64,000 bases of DNA from Eledone cirrhosa (taxonomy: Eukaryota). The stretch covers positions 94,426,001-94,490,000 of the forward strand of contig OZ024746.1 of NCBI GenBank assembly GCA_964016885.1. Direction: 5' to 3'. The notes beneath the pieces were generated by a model that saw nothing but the letters and a program-made list of their open reading frames with translations, was not told the DNA's origin and did not search any database. Shown here piece by piece: positions 55,983 through 64,000 of the stretch. Every line of letters begins with the position of its first letter. Positions within the stretch are counted from its first letter, which is position 1. A program made the translations under genes and the position numbers.

Positions 55983-56015
<33 letters not shown>

Positions 56016-56022
<7 letters not shown>

Positions 56023-56460
56023 GAGCACTCTGCTTTCTTTTACCTTTTCTACGGAAATACTTAACACACACACAATTTGGGTTGTCTGGGGAACGTAACC
56101 TTATTAGGTAAGAAGCTGTTTGATGAGTTGCAGAGCACTTGGTACACGAAATCACGTGACCATATATATATATTAAGAAAATGCGAAGTAGTTTCAGATG
56201 TTAAAGTTCTTTATTGATGCGACTGTTATACGTATTTCGATGACGACAGTGGCCACGTGATTTCATGTACCGAGTGCTCTGCAACTCATCAGACAGCTTC
56301 TTACCTAATAAGGTTACAATCCCGAGACAACCCAAATTGTGTGTGTGTCAAGTATTTCCGTAGAAAAGGTAAAAGAAAGCAGAGTGCTCTATGTATATTA
56401 CAGAGTTATTTAATTACATAATAGACAACACAACGTAATTATATTGTTTCGTTTATTATG
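56016..56460. mobile_element. Family I inverted pair with HHR at 56222-56297 (-)
   Basis: Arms 56016-56162 and 56250-56397; gctgt-CTGATGA-(long stem II)-GAAA-tacgta-TA-acagt. Confidence 0.75.
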
Positions 56461-56466
56461 TAATTA

Positions 56467-56531
<65 letters not shown>

Positions 56532-56701
56532 AAATGTTAGACATCTGGACTACAGAAATAGCCGTCGAAATGGCTTGAGCTCTGCCGTCGGGGTCTAACA
56601 TTTTCCTATTACCCACTCTACAACCCTAAGTATTGAGTGCTCTGGTGCATTATGGTCCATCTGGTTCCTTACCACACCTCCTTCGTTATATATATGCTCA
56701 A

Positions 56702-56858
<157 letters not shown>

Positions 56859-57754
56859 TCACGATTTCATAAGGAAATTTCCTGCGGTTTTACGGTGCAA
56901 GACTGATATTAGACACCCTAATAAGACAGGACATCTAATATCGGGAGAACGACGACTTTTCAGGGGACTTTCTCACAATAAGTGGAAGAATCTTCAAATG
57001 ACGCTTACATATGATTTACTCAAATGAGAAAACATCACGTGGGTAGCGGCCAGTATCAAGTCTAGTAATAGATAGACAGGTGCAAACTAAAAGAAGCGCT
57101 AGAATTAGCACATCTTCCAGCATAGCTTTGCTCGACTACAGGGGAGTATAGAAAAATTATCAAAGATATTTATATCTAAACTATAATAAACTAAGGAGCG
57201 CGGGACTGCGTACGGTTTATAATTTGTTATCCCATTAGTAAAATAATTTGGATTACTTTCAATAAATAATTGTTTCTACTTTAGGCACAAGGCCAGCAAT
57301 TATCCAGTACATTACTGGTACCTTATTTTATCGAACCCGTAAGGATGAAAGGCAAAGTTAACCTTGGCGGGATTTAATAAATAATGAATGAATATTACAT
57401 AATTTATCTACTAAATTTCGTAGCTGTTGATTAAATATATTTTATTGTTTATTTAAAGATTCACTTCTTTAAAATTTTCAAATGTCAACACTTCCGGTTA
57501 GCGCTTGCTTAAATAAACATTCATATATTTCCGTCATTAATTTTCTCCTAATGCAGTTTATATATAATATCGTCTTTTTTTAATGTATCACGGATTAGGT
57601 TACTGATTACATAAGACAGTGTAAGACAGTCTTCGTTCAATTTCTGAGTATATTGTCAATTACGGTTTTATTTGATGTATATCTACATGTATATATACTT
57701 GCGTACAAAATCAATATGCACACTACACATGCTAGCAGAAAAGCTAGTATATAT

Positions 57755-58370
<616 letters not shown>

Positions 58371-58692
58371 TCTTAGAGAGGAATGGACCGGTTATTTTTA
58401 TCTAAACACATTTTTTTCAATTCCACCCCGCGCTTCCCTTCAATCTATCTTATTTCTCATTCTTTCTTCTAATGAAGGTCTAGCATCCGAAACGTTAAGA
58501 TCCTCTTCCTGCTATATCAAGCGTTAACCCAATATATTCCTTCCATATACTGTACCGATTGTGTTGTTATTTCTGTTTACCTTTTACATATATATATATA
58601 TGTGTGTAAAAGGTAAACAGAAATAGCAACACAATCGGTACAGTATATGGAAGGGATATATTGGGTTAACGCTTGATATAGCAGGAAGAGGA

Positions 58693-58728
58693 TCTTAACG
58701 TTTCGAACGCTAGTCCTTCATCAGAAGA
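58693..58728 (-). ncRNA. Hammerhead ribozyme (family B, best-preserved copy)
   Basis: tctt-CTGATGA-A-ggac(tagc)gttc-GAAAC-GTT-aaga. Confidence 0.75.
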
Positions 58729-58913
58729 AAGAATGAGAAATAAAATAGATTGAGGGGACGGGCGGGATGGAATTGGAAAAAATGTCTTTAGATAAAAATA
58801 ACCGGTCCATTCCTGTTGACATCTCTTGCAAAATTGTTGGTGCTGGCGTTTTGTGTATGATTTATTTTTTATAAACGTGGATGATGGAAAGCGTCTACCT
58901 GAAATGCAAAAAA

Positions 58914-59005
<92 letters not shown>

Positions 59006-60239
59006 TTCGGGAAAAAAGCGAAGGGTGATACCACTTGCCACCAGATATTGCAGGGGACTTCACAACACAAAGAAATGAAAGAAATATCACAAAGCATCAC
59101 GTCTAACAATTTCGCAAATTCAACGCCTTGAACTGGTACTTTATTTATCGACCCAGAATGAATGAAAGGCATAGTCGACTTCGGCTAGCTTTGAACTTAG
59201 AATGCACAGGGCCCGAACAAATACCGTAAAGCATTTTTTAATTCGAAGCTCTAACGACTTTGTAAATAACACTGTGATATACATATCTTTTTTTAAAAGT
59301 AAACTAGAATTGATATAGTCAAGGAACAAGACTTAATACTTGTAATTCCCCGAGATTAAAAGATAAAACAAAAATAAAATAAAACAAAAAATATCGCATT
59401 CAATTGTTGACTAGTATACTTTCTAATAGGGTCTACTTACTTAAAGGAAAAATCACTTAAACATATCACTACACCCAAAATTATTGAAGACAACAAAGGA
59501 AGACTGCATATGCTTAACCTATAACGTATAAACTTACCTCAGTGTAAATAGTTCATTCTATGTAAGGAGGACAGATAGAAGTACAGAGAGAGGAGAGAGA
59601 GGGAGTGAAAAAGAGAGAGTGAGAGAAAGACAGTGTGAGAGAGAGAAAGAGAGTGAGAGAGACACAGTGAGAGAGAGAGAAAGAGAGAGACACAATGAGA
59701 GAGACACAGTGAGAGAGAGAAAGAAAGACAGAGGGAAAGAGTGAGAGAAAGACAGAGAGGAAGAGAGAGAGAAAGAGAGAGAAAAAGAGAGAGACAGAGA
59801 GCGAGAAAGAGAGAGAAAGAGAAAGAGAGAGAGACAGTGAGAGAGAAAGAGAGAGAAAGGCACTCAGTGAGAGAGAAATGGTGGTAAACAAACGAAAAAG
59901 ACGGAGATACAATACTTAGATTACATTATGTTTATGTTTGCATTTATAGGTAAAATTATACCAACATAACTTCATATTTACATGCATACAGAGTGACGTT
60001 TACCTATCTCTATATTTGTTTGGTTTGTTGTTGTTATTATTATTTTTAATACAGGCCAATCCACCTGTCTCGTCTCACACTATTTAAACAAAATGAGGTA
60101 CCGCGTTCACAGTAGGTACTATCTCTAATGGCTGCGCTGGTCGTTTGTCTGAGCTAATCAGGAGTTCATTGATCCTTCAAAACACACTCACGCGTTCAAA
60201 AATGGACGCATACAGAAACTGGTATATCTATCTATCTAT

Positions 60240-62502
60240 TTACCCTACGAATTTTACGTAGCGATGCCGGACTTATTCTCCGGTTTCCTGGAAGCGGTCT
60301 ACTGCAACTGGCAACAGAACGGGAGAATTCCCAGTTCTGTGACCGGGGGCGTAGTCACACTAGTCAGGAAGGACGAGAATAAGGGGGGATGACATAGGCA
60401 ACTTCCGGCCCATAACTCTGCTAAACACAGAGTTACAGATTTTGGCCAAGGTATTGGCAAAGAGGCTGGCTCTTGTCGTCGAGAACATGGTGGGAAAAGC
60501 GCAGACATGTGCAATCCCGACCAGGTCCATACACGACAACCTCCACCTCATGCGATACATCATAGAGAGGGTAGGGTGTAAACCCGGCTTCGGTGGGACC
60601 CTGATCAACTTGGATCAGTCTAAGGCTTTCGATAGGGTTGACCATCGTTACCTAGATGCGGTGCTCGAGGCGGCAGGCTTCGGACCGGTGTTCAGGGGCT
60701 GGATTGCTGCAGTGCACAACAGCAACATCTGCTCAAGGGTCAAGGTGAACGGCTACCTCTGGGAGCCGTTCCATATCACGCGATCCATCCGACAGGGATG
60801 CCCTCTCTCCTCCCTTCTGTACGTACTGACTCTCGAGCAACTACTGCGGAAGTTGGAGCTATTGCAGGGCATGCCTCTGGAACCGGGACTACGGAAAGCG
60901 GCGTCAGCCAACGCCGACGATGTGACAGTAATGGTGTCGAGCACCTCGCAAATCGAGGAAGTCGGCACCTTACTGAAAGAATACGAAAGGTTCACAGGAG
61001 CGAAGCTGAACCGGGACAAGTCCATCGGTTTGCAACTCGGATTGTGGGGAAGTAAACCGATGCCTTCCGATGGCGTCGTCGGACGCTGGACGGAAGGACC
61101 GGTAAAGCTGCTCGGGGTCTGGTTTGGTCCGGACCTCCAGGTGGAGAAGAACTGGAACGAGGTGACGGCCAAAGAGTTTGCACTCACCCAGAAGTGGGCC
61201 GAGTGCAAACTATCCTTGAAAGGTCGAGCGGAGGTGGCGAACACTTTTATAGCGTCCGCCATCTACTGCCGCTTGACCGTCATGCCTTGTCCAGCCAAAA
61301 TGCTCACCAAAATGGAGTGCGCGCTCTTCCAATTCCTTTGGAAGAGGCGGGCTCCTTTGGTGAGAAGATCCATCTGCTGCCAACACCCTTCTAACGGAGG
61401 GCTGGGGATGCCGTGGTTGACGATGCGCAAACATGCGCTCAGGCGGCGGCATCTCTACGTATTCCTCACCGGACAACCGGTGTGGGCCCGGTTCGTGAGG
61501 CGAGCCTTCAATCGACTCGTCTCGCTGACCGAGCTGCAGTCCTGGGTCAAGCAAAGACCGAGGAAAATGGGCGACTGGCACATCGAATGTGCTCAGGCGC
61601 TCACAGCCCTCTGGCAGGCGGACCCGGCGATCAGTGGAGACTCCACTTCGTCATTCTATAGAGGGTTGATCCGCAGCAAGTGCGACGACGCGCTCGGTGA
61701 AACTCTAGGCGTAGAGGAAGATGAACTGGCCAGTCTGTTCGGTAGGACCTTCCGCCCAGGACCGATGGACAACTTCCAAAAGTCCCTGGCCTGGCAGTGC
61801 TACCGAGGAGCTCTACCAGTTCGAGACAAGCTGTCGAGACAAGCTGTCGAGACAAGATCTGTCCGAGGTACGTGCGTAACGAAGAAACCGTCGCGCACGC
61901 ATTCATACACAGCTCGGGCGTCACTGACCTGTGGGGCTATGTAGAACGACTATTGTCGCGGGTGGGACCAATCCGGTTGACCACCGAGTCCATTGTCATG
62001 ATCAAACCGCCACCCTCCTTCAAAAACGAAGGAGAGGCGGTTTTCCTTTGTGTGATAGCTATGGCGAAAGAGGTTGTATGGTGGACAAGGTTGAAAGGGC
62101 TGAGGTCAGACACCTTTCTCTCCGGCCAACAACTGATTCTTTTTTTCAAATACCACTTTGGAAGAAGAATCAGGATGGAGAGAGAGGTGCTGTACCCCAG
62201 CAAGTTTTATGAAAGGTGGGTGAAAGTGGCGAGAATGGCCCGAGTGAATGGGCCTTCTCTCTATAGGTTGAGGAAAAGGAGGAGGAGAGGAAAGGAGTAC
62301 AAACTCTTCGTACTCCTGGAGATGAGGGTTTCACATTTTTTCGGGGGTCTGTGTTACACATATAAACTGTCTCCCCCTATTGGGGAAAATCGACTAATTT
62401 TTTAAATTGCATTTATGATAACATTTTACACGTTTTTATTGTATGTAAACTTCCCCCTTTGTATTTGTCCCCTTCTTTTGTGCCCCTGTGGCTAATAAAG
62501 AA
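60240..62502 (+). mobile_element. 5'-truncated Tx1-like LINE (RT to 3' end) flanked by (TATC)n
   Basis: DQSKAFDRV, RQGCPLS, NADD, zf-RVT remnants; ends AATAAAGAA followed by (ATCT)n. Confidence 0.93.
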
Positions 62503-62591
<89 letters not shown>

Positions 62592-62599
62592 ATCTACCT

Positions 62600-64000
62600 C
62601 TGGGATGGACACACGCGTGAAACTTGCTGGGTAAGTTCTGCCTAAATTTCTATAGAAATTCCTAACTGTGAACCTTTATTTTTATATCAACTTGTAGAGG
62701 GACTGCCAGGTCAAATTTTGATCTGGTCAGTCTCTCAAAATATTCTACGCCTTTAGGCGAAATAGAACATAAAAAGTTTTTTTTGGAAAAGCTAACATTT
62801 AAAAAAAAATACCTGAAGCTTTTTCACCAACATTCGAAGGAGGAAAAGGGAAGATATGCTTACAGCTTGCCCCTGCACTGTCATAGTAGCAGATGTCAAA
62901 GACAAAGGTCAGCCAGAGGAAGAATTTCTCCACCTGCTGACCGACAACTTGACGTTGCCATGGCAACAAACCAAAACAACACAACCAGCGGCACCAGCTA
63001 CAGCAATAACAACAATGCTATGAACGAAAACACAACTTCACAAATGAATTCCGCAACCACAGATCAAGCAATTGAGAACCACAAAAACAACAACAACAAC
63101 ACCAACAACAACAACAACAACGACAACAATGACAACAACAACAACAACAGCAACAATGATGACAACAACACCAACAGCAGCAACAATAATGACAACAACA
63201 CCAACAAGAACAACTCCACAAACAAGGAAAAAAAGGTTCGTTTGCACAAACTGTCCAAAAGACAGAACTATATACACATATTGACATCTCTCATGCCGGA
63301 GAATTGCTAAGAGATGCCAAGCAATATATAACTTTTGGGGAGAATGGCGCTTTTAGCATCACTTCTACCCAAGAATTGCGTAGAGACACTGTGCTGAAAA
63401 CCATAGTTTTTAGGACAATCTCAAATACCACCAGAAAAACAGCTCAATTAACTCAAAACGAAATTGAGCTGGTTCTAAGAAACTCCATGAAGGACATTGC
63501 CTTCATACAGAAGGGAAAACTCTTCGGGAGTTTATCAATAATAATGAAAGACCAATTGACGGCACAGAAATATTCTGTGTCGCCAATTGTGTCCCCCCAT
63601 TACACCTTTTTCCCCACATACATGGGAAAAAGGACCCCAAAAATAAAAGTAACAAATATCACACCAAATGTAAACATCTGGTGGATAATAGCTGGTTTCA
63701 TCAATTTTGATAAAGATACAGTAATTTCGGTAGGAAAGTCCTCCAGGGTCATATTCAACGGTACAAGCTTAGAAGTTCTGGTCCAAATGAGACCTTAACG
63801 GATAGCTAGAATACCACAACGTGTGCCGCTGGATGGAAATTCCTACATAAACATTTCTGTTGAGGGTAGGCGGCCTTCATATTACCACTGTTTAAGCAGT
63901 GGTCACCTGAGGGCTTCCTGTCCTCAATTAACTGCATTAAAATAAGGCACTACTGCCGACACCCAACACAACACAACCACCACCACCACAACAATAACAA
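62600..64000 (+). mobile_element. 5' part (UTR plus decayed ORF1) of a diverged Tx1-like LINE
   Basis: ORF1 homology to 23571-24600; degenerate knuckle YHCLSSGHLRASC; starts just after (TATC)n. Confidence 0.85.

Noticed and set aside
56950-57200. Possible decayed GIY-YIG C-terminus (..RCKLKEALEL..)
   Set aside because: Too degenerate to support by eye

Overview
Repeat-dominated eukaryotic DNA, most likely from an octopod cephalopod, judging by abundant OR/OK-type tRNA-derived SINEs and dense (TA)n/(CA)n/(TATC)n microsatellites. No host gene can be supported, and most ORFs in the track are microsatellite artefacts. Recognisable content: Tx1/L1-clade LINEs sitting in (TATC)n, RTE LINE fragments (one with a clean twin-priming inversion), Penelope-like element (PLE) RT and GIY-YIG fragments, mariner/hAT/piggyBac/Helitron-type non-autonomous elements, and SINEs. 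Two signals stand out. (1) About 25 minimal type I hammerhead ribozyme (HHR) motifs, read by eye and falling into roughly a dozen sequence families, lie in short elements inserted into (TA)n. These repeatedly form asymmetric head-to-head fold-backs (short arm plus long arm with a tail), and several are physically linked to PLE coding remnants. (2) Two diverged Tx1 elements share an apparent ~70-nt spliceosomal intron followed by two position-conserved hairpins in the 5' UTR, which is unexpected for a LINE. All calls are from manual reading; no searches or folding programs were run.
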